From NCBI GenBank assembly GCA_040755995.1, contig JBFMAF010000036.1, positions 1-64,000 on the forward strand: 64,000 nt of DNA. The letters are read 5' to 3'. The notes under the pieces are model-generated. The model was not told the DNA's origin. It made no database searches and saw nothing but the letters and a program-made list of their open reading frames with translations. Position 1 is the first letter of the stretch. Each line of letters begins with the position of its first letter. This DNA comes from Acidobacteriota bacterium (lineage in GTDB: Bacteria; Acidobacteriota; CAIWXX01). The position numbers and the translations under genes are program-made. This document shows, piece after piece, positions 32,496 to 42,268 of the stretch.

Positions 32496-33716
32496 ATGAA
32501 AAACAGAACATTCATGCTTCCCGCCGCACTGCTCGTCCTTGCCGTGGCCTGCTCGCGAAGTACGAATCAATCCGAGTCCGGCGAGCCGGTTCCTGAAGCC
32601 GAGGCGGCCGCCGAGGAACAGGCAATACCTGAGAGCGTCCATCTGACGCCCGCCGCCATCTCTGAGGCCGGGATCGGGACGTGGACCGTCAAGCCGGTCG
32701 ACATCGAACACCTCCTCAGCTTGAACGGCAGCGTCGAGCACGACGAGAACAAGCTCCTTCAGGTCAGCGCAAATGTGAGGGGTCGGGCGGTCGCGATGCC
32801 TGTGGACCTGGGGGCTCGGGTCAAGAAAGGGGACGTCCTGGTAACAATCGAAAGCGTCGAGCTTGGCCGCACGCGCGAGGAGTTCATCCGGGAGCTGTCC
32901 GAGCTGCGCGTGGCGAGCCGCGCGTACGAGCGGGCCAGGGCGCTGGTGGAGGCGAAGGCGATCAGCGCGGGCGAGTTCCAGGCGCGCGAGGGCGCCTATC
33001 TGTCGAAGAAGGCCGCGGTCGACGCGGTGGAGCGGACTCTGCACCTCCTGGGAGAGAGTCAGCAGCAGGTGGATCGATTGCGCGCGGACGCCGAATCCGG
33101 CACGCACTCGGTTGCCGGCGCCGCAACGCTCGACCTGCGAGCTCCGTTTGGCGGGCGCGTCATCGATCGCAAGATTGCGCCTGGCGCGCTCTTCGAGGCC
33201 CTCCAGCCTCTGCTCACGCTCGCGGACCTGACGACCGTGTGGGTGTTCATGCAGGCTTACGAGAAGGACCTGGCGCAGCTTCACGAGGGAGTGAACGTCA
33301 CGATTCGCACGGAGGCCTATCCTGAGCAGCCCTTCGAGGGGAAGATCGACTTCCTCAGCAGTGTCGTCGACTCGGCCACCCGAACGGTGAGGATGCGGGC
33401 GACGGTGGCCAATGCGGACGAGATGTTGCGACCGGGCATGTTCGTCAAGGCGCAAGTGAGCGTTCCGGCTTCGCACGCGGGGAAGACGGTCGTGGCCATT
33501 CCCCAGTCCGCGCTCCAGACGCTCGAGGGGCGCAGCGTCGTATTCGTGGAAGCGGAGCCGGGCGTCTTTGTCCGCCGGTTCGTCGAGACCGGCCATAACT
33601 TCGAAAGCCTCACTGAGATATTCTCGGGGGTCAAGACAGGTGAAGTTGTCGTGACCGAGGGCAGCTTCGTATTGAAGTCGGAGTTTGCCAAGGCCTCGCT
33701 CGCAGAGGAGGACTGA
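32496..33716 (+). CDS. czcB: Heavy-metal RND periplasmic adaptor (CzcB-like lipoprotein)
   Basis: LAVAC lipobox, LRAPFGG, LRPGMFV, GSFVLKSE. Confidence 0.9.
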   Translation: MKNRTFMLPAALLVLAVACSRSTNQSESGEPVPEAEAAAEEQAIPESVHLTPAAISEAGIGTWTVKPVDIEHLLSLNGSVEHDENKLLQVSANVRGRAVAMPVDLGARVKKGDVLVTIESVELGRTREEFIRELSELRVASRAYERARALVEAKAISAGEFQAREGAYLSKKAAVDAVERTLHLLGESQQQVDRLRADAESGTHSVAGAATLDLRAPFGGRVIDRKIAPGALFEALQPLLTLADLTTVWVFMQAYEKDLAQLHEGVNVTIRTEAYPEQPFEGKIDFLSSVVDSATRTVRMRATVANADEMLRPGMFVKAQVSVPASHAGKTVVAIPQSALQTLEGRSVVFVEAEPGVFVRRFVETGHNFESLTEIFSGVKTGEVVVTEGSFVLKSEFAKASLAEED

Positions 33717-33717
33717 G

Positions 33718-36700
33718 ATGCTGAGACGTCTCGTCGACTTCAGCCTCGAAAACCGGGCGCTCGTCCTCATCGCTGCGACACTCCTCGTCCTCGGAGGCGG
33801 ATACGCGCTAACCCGGTTGCCCATCGACGCAGTGCCCGACATCACTAACGTGCAGGTCCAGATTCTGACCAAGGCTCCGGCGCTCGGCCCTGTGGAGATG
33901 GAACAGTTCGTGACGTATCCCATCGAGGCGGTCATGAACGGCCTGCCCCGCCTCGTGGAGATCCGTTCAATTTCGCGTTACGGCCTGTCGGCGGTCACCG
34001 TAGTGTTCGAGGACGGTGTGAACGTCTACTTCGCCCGCCAATTGGTGAGCGAGCGTCTGGCGCAGGCTCGGGAGGCCATTCCTGAGGGGCTGGGCAACCC
34101 CGAGATGGGCCCCGTGACCACGGGACTGGGCGACGTCTTCCAGTTCACCGTCGAAGGAGAAGGCGTCTCGGCAATGGAGCGCCGCACGATCCTCGACTGG
34201 ATGATCGCTCCACGCCTCCGCGCCGTCCCGGGCGTGACGGAAGTGAATGCATGGGGCGGCCTGCCGAAGCAGTACCAGGTCGTAGTGGAACCCGCCAAGC
34301 TGATCGCATACGGGCTGTCGCTCAAGGAAGTGTTCGAGGCCGTCGAGAACGGCAGCCGGAACGCCGGCGGCGGTTACATCGAGCACAACCGCGAACAGTA
34401 CATCGTTCGCGGCGAAGGGCTGGTCCAATCCATCGCCGACATCGAGAAGATCGTTCTGAAGGCCGGACCTGACGGCGCACCGGTGACGGTCCGGCATGTG
34501 GCGCAGGTCCGTGAGGGCGCCATGCTTCGGATCGGGGTCGCGACGATCGACGGCCGCGGCGAGACCGTCATCGGCCTCGTTCAGATGCTCGCCGGCGAGA
34601 ACGCGCTGCAAGTCGCCACGCGCGCCCGGCTGGCGGTGGAAGAGCTGCAGCAGTCGCTGCCCAACGGGGTTCGAATCGTGCCCTACTATGACCGCGCCGC
34701 CTTCGTCCGGCGCGTCATCCGAACTGTGGGGATCAATCTCGTCGAGGGGAGTCTCCTCGTGATCGCGGTGCTTCTGCTGTTCCTCGGCAACGTCCGGGCT
34801 GGATTGATCGTTGCCTCCGCCATACCGCTCTCGATGCTCCTCGCGTTCACAGGGATGGTCCAGTCGCGCATCTCGGCAAACCTCATGAGCCTGGGGGCGA
34901 TCGATTTCGGACTGATTGTCGACGGTGCTGTCGTGCTCGTGGAGAATGTGGTTCGGCGCCTGTCGGAGCCGGAGGCGCGCGAGAAGACGGTTCGCCGGCT
35001 CACCGCCGAGGCGGCGCACGAGGTGGTGCGGCCCGTCTCATTCGGAATCGGCATCATCATTCTCGTCTATCTGCCGATCCTGACGTTGGGCGGTATCGAG
35101 GGGAAGATGTTCAAACCCATGGCATGGACGGTGGTGTTCGCTCTCGCCGGGTCGCTGCTCCTCACCATGACGCTCACGCCCGTCCTCGCCTCACTGTTTC
35201 TCAAGAAGACCGGCCGCGAGCACGAACCACGCTTTGTGGAAACGCTGCGCCGTCACTACCTGCGGGCCCTGGACGTCTGTCTGGCATGGCGCCGCACAGT
35301 GATCGCCTGTGCCCTCGCAGTCATCGCCGCAGGAGCGGCCATGGCAACGCAGTTCGGTGGTGAGTTCATCCCACGCCTCGATGAGGGCGACATATCGATC
35401 AGCGCCGTTCGGCCGCCGTCGGTGGCCATCTCGGAGGTCGCCGCGAGCACAGGGCGCATCGAACGGGTGCTCAAGCGGTTCCCGGAGGCGATCACCGTCG
35501 TCAGCCGTTCGGGCAGCCCGGAGCTGGCCACCGACGTTATGGGCATCGAGCTGGGCGACGTCTTCGTCATTTTGAAACCGAAATCCGAATGGAAGACGGC
35601 GCGCACCAAAGGAGAGCTGATCGAGAAGATGAACGAGGCGCTCGAGGAGACCGTGCCGGGAGTCGGGTTCTCATTCACTCAACCGATCGAGATGCGCTTC
35701 AACGAGCTCATCGCGGGTGTGCGTTCCGACGTGGGGATCAAGCTATTCGGCGATGACCTCGATGTGTTGCGCGAGAAAGGCGAAGAGATCTCTCGCGCCG
35801 TCGTGGGCGTGAGAGGAGCGGCGGATGTGAAGCTCGAGCAGACGAGCGGACTGCCGGTCATGCGCGTAAGAGTTGATCGCGATCGATGCGCGCGCTACGC
35901 CATTCCGGTCGGAGACGTGCTTGACGCGGTCGAGGCCGCACGCGCAGGGAAGGTGGCCGGCACCGTGTTCGAGGGGCAGCAGCGCTTCTCACTGGTCGTC
36001 CGGTTCGACGATGATGCAGCGCGTCAGCTCGATTCACTCGCCAACGTGCCGGTGGCCTCGCCGGCCGGCACGAGCATCCCGCTGGGCCAGCTCGCGGAGA
36101 TCACTCTCGCGAGCGGCCCGGCGCAGATCAGCCGCGAGGCGGTCCGGCGAAGGATCGTCGTCGAGACGAATGTCCGCGGCCGCGACGTGGCCTCGTTCGT
36201 GGCCGAGGCGCAGGACCGGATACGCCGGGAAGTTCAGCTTCCCGCCGGCTACTACATCCGCTGGGGCGGCCAGTTCGAACACCTCGAGGCCGCATCACGC
36301 CGCCTCGCCGTCGTCGTGCCGCTCTCGCTCGCCCTGATCTTCGCAATGCTCTACTTCGCGTTCGGATCTCTCACCCCGGCCGCGCTGATCTATCTCAACG
36401 TGCCCTTCGCCGCCGTAGGCGGGGTCGTCGCACTAGCCATCCGAGGGCTCCCCTTCTCGATCTCCGCGGGCGTCGGCTTCATCGCGCTGTTCGGCGTGGC
36501 GGTCCTGAACGGCGTCGTTCTCATGACCCAGGTACGCCAAATCGAGGCGCAAACCGATCTGGGACCGCTCGATGTCCTGCGGCGCGCCTGCGCGATGCGC
36601 ATGCGCCCGGTCCTGATGACGGCGCTCGTGGCCTCGCTTGGCTTCGTCCCGATGGCCATCGCCACCGGCACCGGCGCCGAAATCCAGCGCCCGCTGGCCA

Positions 36701-36786
36701 CGGTCGTCATCGGCGGTCTCGCCACCTCCACCGTCCTGACCCTCTTCATCCTGCCGACGATCTACGGTCTCTTCCGCCACAAGTAG
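33718..36786 (+). CDS. czcA: CusA/CzcA-family heavy-metal efflux RND permease
   Basis: LPIDAVPDITNVQVQ, MSLGAIDFGLIVDGAVV, QPIEMRFNELIAGVRSD. Confidence 0.95.
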   Translation: MLRRLVDFSLENRALVLIAATLLVLGGGYALTRLPIDAVPDITNVQVQILTKAPALGPVEMEQFVTYPIEAVMNGLPRLVEIRSISRYGLSAVTVVFEDGVNVYFARQLVSERLAQAREAIPEGLGNPEMGPVTTGLGDVFQFTVEGEGVSAMERRTILDWMIAPRLRAVPGVTEVNAWGGLPKQYQVVVEPAKLIAYGLSLKEVFEAVENGSRNAGGGYIEHNREQYIVRGEGLVQSIADIEKIVLKAGPDGAPVTVRHVAQVREGAMLRIGVATIDGRGETVIGLVQMLAGENALQVATRARLAVEELQQSLPNGVRIVPYYDRAAFVRRVIRTVGINLVEGSLLVIAVLLLFLGNVRAGLIVASAIPLSMLLAFTGMVQSRISANLMSLGAIDFGLIVDGAVVLVENVVRRLSEPEAREKTVRRLTAEAAHEVVRPVSFGIGIIILVYLPILTLGGIEGKMFKPMAWTVVFALAGSLLLTMTLTPVLASLFLKKTGREHEPRFVETLRRHYLRALDVCLAWRRTVIACALAVIAAGAAMATQFGGEFIPRLDEGDISISAVRPPSVAISEVAASTGRIERVLKRFPEAITVVSRSGSPELATDVMGIELGDVFVILKPKSEWKTARTKGELIEKMNEALEETVPGVGFSFTQPIEMRFNELIAGVRSDVGIKLFGDDLDVLREKGEEISRAVVGVRGAADVKLEQTSGLPVMRVRVDRDRCARYAIPVGDVLDAVEAARAGKVAGTVFEGQQRFSLVVRFDDDAARQLDSLANVPVASPAGTSIPLGQLAEITLASGPAQISREAVRRRIVVETNVRGRDVASFVAEAQDRIRREVQLPAGYYIRWGGQFEHLEAASRRLAVVVPLSLALIFAMLYFAFGSLTPAALIYLNVPFAAVGGVVALAIRGLPFSISAGVGFIALFGVAVLNGVVLMTQVRQIEAQTDLGPLDVLRRACAMRMRPVLMTALVASLGFVPMAIATGTGAEIQRPLATVVIGGLATSTVLTLFILPTIYGLFRHK

Positions 36787-36904
36787 GCGGATCGACAAGG
36801 AGAATTCCGCCGGACGAGAATCTGCTCGACCTCGTGCTCGCGTGTGACCAACCGTTCGAGCTCGACAGCGCTGTCGAGGCGCTCCGACACGCGCGCTGAT
36901 CGCA

Positions 36905-36934
36905 GGTAACATTTGAGGCACCCGGGCATCTTTA
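36905..36934 (+). promoter_or_regulatory. Possible ECF-type autoregulatory promoter
   Basis: GTAAC-16 bp-CATCT upstream of the sigma gene. Confidence 0.4.
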
Positions 36935-36956
36935 TTCGATGAAGGAGGGCGTGAGG

Positions 36957-37345
36957 ATGACGGAAAGAGAGGCGGAGCTTCTGAGAAGGGCCGGCACCGG
37001 GGATTCCGCCGCGTACGGCGAGATCATCAGCAAGTACCAGTATCTGGTCTATGCGCTGGCGTTGCAGGTCACCAGGGATCGTGTGGCGGCCCAGGACATC
37101 GCTCAGGAGGTCTTCATCACGGCCTACGTCGCTCTGAAGGAGCTTCGGTCAGCCGGGGCCTTTCCGTCCTGGTTGCGGACGATAACGCGAAACAGGGCGA
37201 TTGCGTGGCGGAGGCAACAGCGCCGCTTTGTCGCAATCGAGGACGTCGAGAAGCTGCGGCACCTCCCGGCGACCGCACCGGAGTCAACCGCCGACGGGTC
37301 CGAGCTCGATGCGTTCGGCGCCGCCCTGAAGCAGTCGCTCGATGT
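36957..37345 (+). pseudogene. ECF sigma factor, truncated (region 2 present, region 4 missing)
   Basis: GDSAAYGEI, AQDIAQEVF, FPSWLRTITRN; resemblance ends near LKQSLD. Confidence 0.8.
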
Positions 37346-37461
37346 TGTAGTATCCGGTGGGAGTCTGCTGTCCCGCCTTCGCGGCGGCAACAGCATGTCG
37401 GCGCGCGTCGTTCGCCAAGCACCACGCAACGAGCGGTTCGTTCGTCGCGCCGGTGTTCCTG

Positions 37462-37620
37462 CTATGCTGGAACCTGTGCTCTCTCGTGCAGGAACTCAGG
37501 AGCGAAGTCTGCACCGTTCGGCCACGACAGGGTCCGGAACTCCAGATGGGCAGAAAACCGCCGGAAGAAGCTCAGCTCCTCGATTGGATCGAGTATCTCT
37601 CGGTACAACTGGTCACCGAG
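37462..37620 (-). pseudogene. DUF2442-family C-terminal fragment
   Basis: FRTLSWPNGADFAPEFLH signature; N-terminus absent. Confidence 0.7.
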
Positions 37621-37651
37621 ACGGGTCCGTCGCGCCACGCCACGTCCCAAT

Positions 37652-37909
37652 CTAGTCGCGAATCTTCCGCCGCAGGCCGTCGGTAATCTCCTTTACGCGG
37701 GCGCGATGATACTCGTCCAACATCTGCTGCAGGTCCTGATTTTCCTCCGTGTCCACTTCCAATGCAGACACTTTCTTGAGCTCTCCGCCCAGGTAGACTC
37801 TCGTCTCAATCCGGCAGCTCGGTTGTGTAATGAACTCGGTTTGTATTGTGAGTTTCCTCGACCCGACGTCGATCAGGTCCACCCGGCCCATGGGGAGTTT
37901 GAACGGCAT
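37652..37909 (-). CDS. Hypothetical protein
   Basis: RBS AAAGGA; IQTEF...IETRVYLGGELKK; coding-like composition. Confidence 0.6.
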   Translation of the reverse strand: MPFKLPMGRVDLIDVGSRKLTIQTEFITQPSCRIETRVYLGGELKKVSALEVDTEENQDLQQMLDEYHRARVKEITDGLRRKIRD

Positions 37910-38011
37910 GAGTATCCTTTCCGTCTATTCGAGCATCAGTCCGCACTCGTATACTAGCGAGGCGGGGCCTCAGACCGATGAACCATGCCAGGCCGCTTTG
38001 GCCCCGCCTCG

Positions 38012-38046
38012 CGTCGAGAGTCGACAGTCGAGAGTTGGGAGTGACT
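38012..38046. repeat. Short heptamer tandem repeat
   Basis: gtcgaga gtcgaca gtcgaga gttggga. Confidence 0.5.
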
Positions 38047-38203
38047 ACCGTGGGAATTCAGAGCGAATGACGCGACGTGGCAAACTTGACTCAATCGCAA
38101 CATCTTTTTCCCCTGAAGCCCGCTAGCACGTCCTGCTTTCGGCCCACCTCCCCAGCCCCCTTGCCAGTGTGCTTCCTGAAGTCGATACTGCTATCATTGA
38201 TTG

Positions 38204-38680
38204 ATGGCTCATGAGGGATCAGGCGAACCATTCAGCTTGGAGAAGGAGTTCGAGCGCGTGGTCCAAGCGCTCGATAACGCACGGTTGGAATACGCGGTGG
38301 TCGGCGGTCTTGCGGTGGCCATTTGGGGCGCTCCTCGCGCAACCACGCACATCGACCTGCTCGTCAGTCCGGCGGACATCGATGCGATCAGCGGGATCGC
38401 AAGGAGTCTGGGATTTCTCGTTGAGGCGCTGCCGATGAGATTCGCTGATGGAGTCGAGCTTCGACGCTTCAGCAGAATCGAGAGCGAGTACTTGTTGACG
38501 CTCGACCTGCTGCTTCTGAGTCCGAACTTGCAGGAGGCGTGGGAATCCAGGCAGAGGATTCTGACCGAGGCAGGGCCGGTAACGGTGGTTTCCAGAGATG
38601 CGCTTATTCGTATGAAAGCACTTGCCGGGCGTCCTCAGGATCTTGCGGACATAGCGCGCCTGACGGAGCTGGATCGATGA
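38204..38680 (+). CDS. Nucleotidyltransferase-fold protein (AbiEii/DUF6036-like)
   Basis: YAVVGGLAV...PRATTHIDLL; MKALAGRPQDLADI. Confidence 0.85.
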   Translation: MAHEGSGEPFSLEKEFERVVQALDNARLEYAVVGGLAVAIWGAPRATTHIDLLVSPADIDAISGIARSLGFLVEALPMRFADGVELRRFSRIESEYLLTLDLLLLSPNLQEAWESRQRILTEAGPVTVVSRDALIRMKALAGRPQDLADIARLTELDR

Positions 38681-38877
38681 AGCCGGACATGTCGCCTGCC
38701 GCGGTTTCAGCCCGGCTCCGCAAGCTTTCAGAGCTTTCCGATCTTCGAGAAAATGTGCGGCTTTCATCGAAGATCGACATGAGTCCGGCGGCCGTTTCGC
38801 GCCGCCTGCGCAAGATCTCACAGCTAACGTCGCTTTGCCTCCGGCTTGGCCGCCACATCTCGCGTCGCCCGGATTGA
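38677..38877 (+). CDS. 66-aa basic partner protein with internal duplication
   Basis: ATGA overlap with NTase stop; DMSPAAVSxRLRK twice. Confidence 0.75.
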   Translation: MKPDMSPAAVSARLRKLSELSDLRENVRLSSKIDMSPAAVSRRLRKISQLTSLCLRLGRHISRRPD

Positions 38878-39105
38878 ACTGCATTCGGACTACCGCAAGT
38901 CAGAGCACGTCGTTGCGGCGAAGCCGGTTGGAGCAAAGAACGTGCTGACCCTGCAAATGGTGCAGCCTCTGGACAGCACGCGGCGACGCCTGCTCCGCAC
39001 AAAACCGGCTGACCCCGGCCCGGGGCCGCCAGACCGTCCTCCGCAGCACGACGCTGGTTCGTCGGAGGCCGGGAGATGCTATCCTCGGCTGTGTGAATCG
39101 CAATC

Positions 39106-39657
39106 CTAGAAGTAGAATCCCCCCAGAATGAGCCACTGCCAGGGCGTGTCGTCGACCTCGTCTCCGTAGAACACCTTCTGGGCCTGAGCCTGCACGGTGG
39201 CGCCCTTGCCGTCTGGCCGGCCGAAATCGGCGCCGAACACCAGGTGAATGCCGAAATCCCGCTGCCAGTTGTTGTCGATGTCGAAGCCCTCCTGCTCATC
39301 GTACCAGTTCCAGCCCGAGTACAGGCCGCCTCCAAAACCAGCCACCGGGCGGACCCTCTCGCCCGGGCCCTTGTACTTTACGTTGAGCAGCAGATTGAAC
39401 GGCGCGAAGTGCGCCTTGGGCACCGTGTCGAAGCTGTAGTACGCCCACTGTATCTCGAAGCCGAGGCGGACCGGGCTCGTGGATGACAATCGATAGTCCG
39501 AGCCGCCGGAGAGCATCCAGCGATCGGACAGGTCGATGTCCTCGCTCGGGTGTACCTGTAACCCGCCAACAATGAAGGCGTCGCCCGCGCGGACCGGCAG
39601 CGCCAATGCCAGGCAGGCAACGAACAAGACGAACGCTGCGAAGTGAGTCAACCGCAT
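39106..39657 (-). CDS. Outer-membrane beta-barrel protein
   Basis: Signal peptide, RPVAGFGGG, C-terminal GFYF. Confidence 0.8.
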   Translation of the reverse strand: MRLTHFAAFVLFVACLALALPVRAGDAFIVGGLQVHPSEDIDLSDRWMLSGGSDYRLSSTSPVRLGFEIQWAYYSFDTVPKAHFAPFNLLLNVKYKGPGERVRPVAGFGGGLYSGWNWYDEQEGFDIDNNWQRDFGIHLVFGADFGRPDGKGATVQAQAQKVFYGDEVDDTPWQWLILGGFYF

Positions 39658-39860
39658 CTTGTACCCCCCTTTTCTTGATCCCAACTCAATCGTGGGTCCC
39701 AACTCCGCTCCTCGAGCGCGAAGCCCGGTTCTTTCGAGCTGCACTGCCTCTACAATAGGAATATACTACGGCGCCAGGATGGATCGCAATTCCGCCACGC
39801 CGGCTGCGGGATATTCGAGTCCCGCCCAAGATTGTCTGAGCCACCGGTGCGGGCGTGCGG

Positions 39861-42020
39861 CTACTTCGCACCGCCCTTCGAAGCGCACCACTCCTTCCAC
39901 TTGCGCACCCATTCGTCGGGATCGTTGTTGAAGTCGGTGTAGTCGGCGGGCCCCATTGCGTCGCCCGACAGGTGGCGCAGAAGACGGATGGTCTGGTACT
40001 TCATGTCGTTGTCGCCCTTCGCCAGCTTCGCGGCGAGCCGCGGCACGGCGCTTTGGTCTTTCCATTTGTGATCGATGAGGGCGGTCACCAGGTCGACTGC
40101 GACCTGGCTGTCCGCGGTGCTCAGGATGGCATCGAAGTAGCGAGGTGCCTGTGCCCCCGGATCCAGCCCGCTGAGCCCATCGGAAGCCTCCGCTCGCACC
40201 TCCTCGTTCGCGTGCGCCAGCAGCGGCACTAGAAGCGCAACCAGGTCGGCGTCGCTCACGGACTTCTTCAGGCCCCGCACCGCGATCGAAACCTTCACGG
40301 CGTCCGGTTCCTTCAGCGCGGCCTTGAACAGCTCGGCGCTGCCCTCCGGCCATCGCCGCGAGAGCCCGTTCAACGCGATCACCAGCTGGGTTCCCTTCGC
40401 CTGCCGGGCTATGGCTTCGAGCGGCGCCTTGGCGGCAGCCTCCTTCGATGCCGCGAGCACCTGCAGCGCTCGCAGGTTCCCCTGGCGCGCGAGACTCTCT
40501 ATCTGGGGAACCGCCTTGTGCGAGCCGAGCGCGGTCAGCTGATCGACCGCCGCCGTCGTCTCTAGCGGAGCCTCGTTCGATGGCGGCGGGTCCTTCTTCA
40601 GAGCTTCCAACAGGATGTCGGCCGACCTCTCTCCACCCGACTTTCGCAAGCCATCGAGCAGACTCGCCTGCCACTCAGCATGTTTGCCTGAATTGACAAG
40701 CTCGGCAAAGAACTCGAAGTTCTCCGGCCGGCTCTCAGTCACCAGCGCATCCAGCGCGTCCTTGTCACCTCCGCGCGCGAGCTCTCTGAGTTTCCCTTCC
40801 GAGGACGCGGCGCCACATCGGGCCAGGCTCGATAGGATTTCCTGCCGGTCTTCGGTGTCCTTGTTCAGCAGGTCGAGCAGTGTGGAGGCCGCGGCATCGC
40901 CTCCCATGCGCCCGAGCCCGTCGATTGCGCCATCCGCGACCGCGGTGTCGTCGCTGCGCGCGCCCTTCGCCAGGGCGTCGAGTCCCGGCTGGTAGCGGGC
41001 CGCGCCAATGTAGACCGCTGCGAGACGCCTGACGCCGTTCGGGACTGACGAGTCGTCGATAAGCTTGACGGCGTGGTCGCCGAGGCCGGAGGCCGGATGC
41101 TGGATGAGCAGACTGAGTCCTGCCGCCAGCAGGTTGCCTTCGCGCTGCCCCTGCGCCGCGCGTATGACCGCCTCCTGCCCCTGCTTCACGTCGCAGTCGA
41201 AGATCCAGTTGGCCGCCAGAACCCGAGTCACTAGGTTGGTCTCGGGCACCTCGATCAGTCGACGCAGCTCTGCAGCGTCCATGTAGAAGACCTCCAGCCG
41301 CGATGCCGTCCACTCCTTGGCGCCCCCGGTCGGCTTCTGGAAGTAGACCACCATCCGGAACCTCTGCCTGCCGTTGGTCGTGGGGACGATCAGCTCGGGC
41401 AGTGTCAATCTGAGGCTCGAGACGTACTCTTCCTTCACCCACAGCCCCTGCGCCAGCTTCGCGTCGATCGTGCGCTTCTCGCCGGCTTTCAACGACCCGA
41501 ACCCCAGGTCATCCGGCTGAGGATTCTCGACAGACAGCGTCACCATGCCGGACATGCTCCCCCGCCTGTAGGCACTGTTCCCGTTGGTATAGCTGATCTG
41601 GCAGTTGGACAAGGAGTAAGAGTCGGGGAGCTCCGAGGCGGTACGCATGGCCTGCTCGCCCTCGGGTTCCCGCCCGCGCACCACCACGACGCCCTCGTAC
41701 TGGGCGCCCGTCGCGTCCGACTCGATCAAGACCATTTCCTTTCCGAGTGCGAAGGCGAAGCGCGTCTGGTTCAGCAACTCGACGTGCAGGTCCCATTGGT
41801 GATACGTGCTGCTGGACATGCCCCAGCTCTCGCTGGTCTCTCCCGGTACGGCCTTTCCGCTGACGCGGACGCCCTCGACTATCGCCTGCCGTATCTCGGC
41901 CGGAGTTGCGCTCACGACCACGCCGCCCGAGCGCCTCAGCAGCACGACTGCTGCCGCAGCCACCACGACCACCACTGCGACGATCGCCAGGTATGCGAGA
42001 ACACGACGAGTCCCTGCCAT
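39861..42020 (-). CDS. Membrane-anchored HEAT-repeat protein
   Basis: N-terminal TM, repeated L..D....VR..A...L helical units; RBS GAGGAGG. Confidence 0.85.
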   Translation of the reverse strand: MAGTRRVLAYLAIVAVVVVVAAAAVVLLRRSGGVVVSATPAEIRQAIVEGVRVSGKAVPGETSESWGMSSSTYHQWDLHVELLNQTRFAFALGKEMVLIESDATGAQYEGVVVVRGREPEGEQAMRTASELPDSYSLSNCQISYTNGNSAYRRGSMSGMVTLSVENPQPDDLGFGSLKAGEKRTIDAKLAQGLWVKEEYVSSLRLTLPELIVPTTNGRQRFRMVVYFQKPTGGAKEWTASRLEVFYMDAAELRRLIEVPETNLVTRVLAANWIFDCDVKQGQEAVIRAAQGQREGNLLAAGLSLLIQHPASGLGDHAVKLIDDSSVPNGVRRLAAVYIGAARYQPGLDALAKGARSDDTAVADGAIDGLGRMGGDAAASTLLDLLNKDTEDRQEILSSLARCGAASSEGKLRELARGGDKDALDALVTESRPENFEFFAELVNSGKHAEWQASLLDGLRKSGGERSADILLEALKKDPPPSNEAPLETTAAVDQLTALGSHKAVPQIESLARQGNLRALQVLAASKEAAAKAPLEAIARQAKGTQLVIALNGLSRRWPEGSAELFKAALKEPDAVKVSIAVRGLKKSVSDADLVALLVPLLAHANEEVRAEASDGLSGLDPGAQAPRYFDAILSTADSQVAVDLVTALIDHKWKDQSAVPRLAAKLAKGDNDMKYQTIRLLRHLSGDAMGPADYTDFNNDPDEWVRKWKEWCASKGGAK

Positions 42021-42192
42021 GATTGCCTCCTCAAGTTGGAGCCGCAGCTCCGGCTGGCCCTACGAACGTACCAGTGTAGATGCACTTTTTAGCAGCGTCA
42101 AGGCGAGGATCGGCCGGTCGGCCGGTCCCGCCAGAACCATGGGGGTTGAGAAAATTAATTCCTACTCTGGGACTAGAGTTTTGCTTTTTCGT

Positions 42193-42201
42193 TGGTATAA
42201 T
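42193..42201 (+). promoter_or_regulatory. Extended -10 promoter
   Basis: TGgTATAAT in AT-rich region upstream of the kinase. Confidence 0.6.
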
Positions 42202-42268
42202 CCAATCGGCAGGGAAGGGATGAAACCATCGACTCACTCTACCGCGCGGGATCGGAGGCGTCAGGTTG

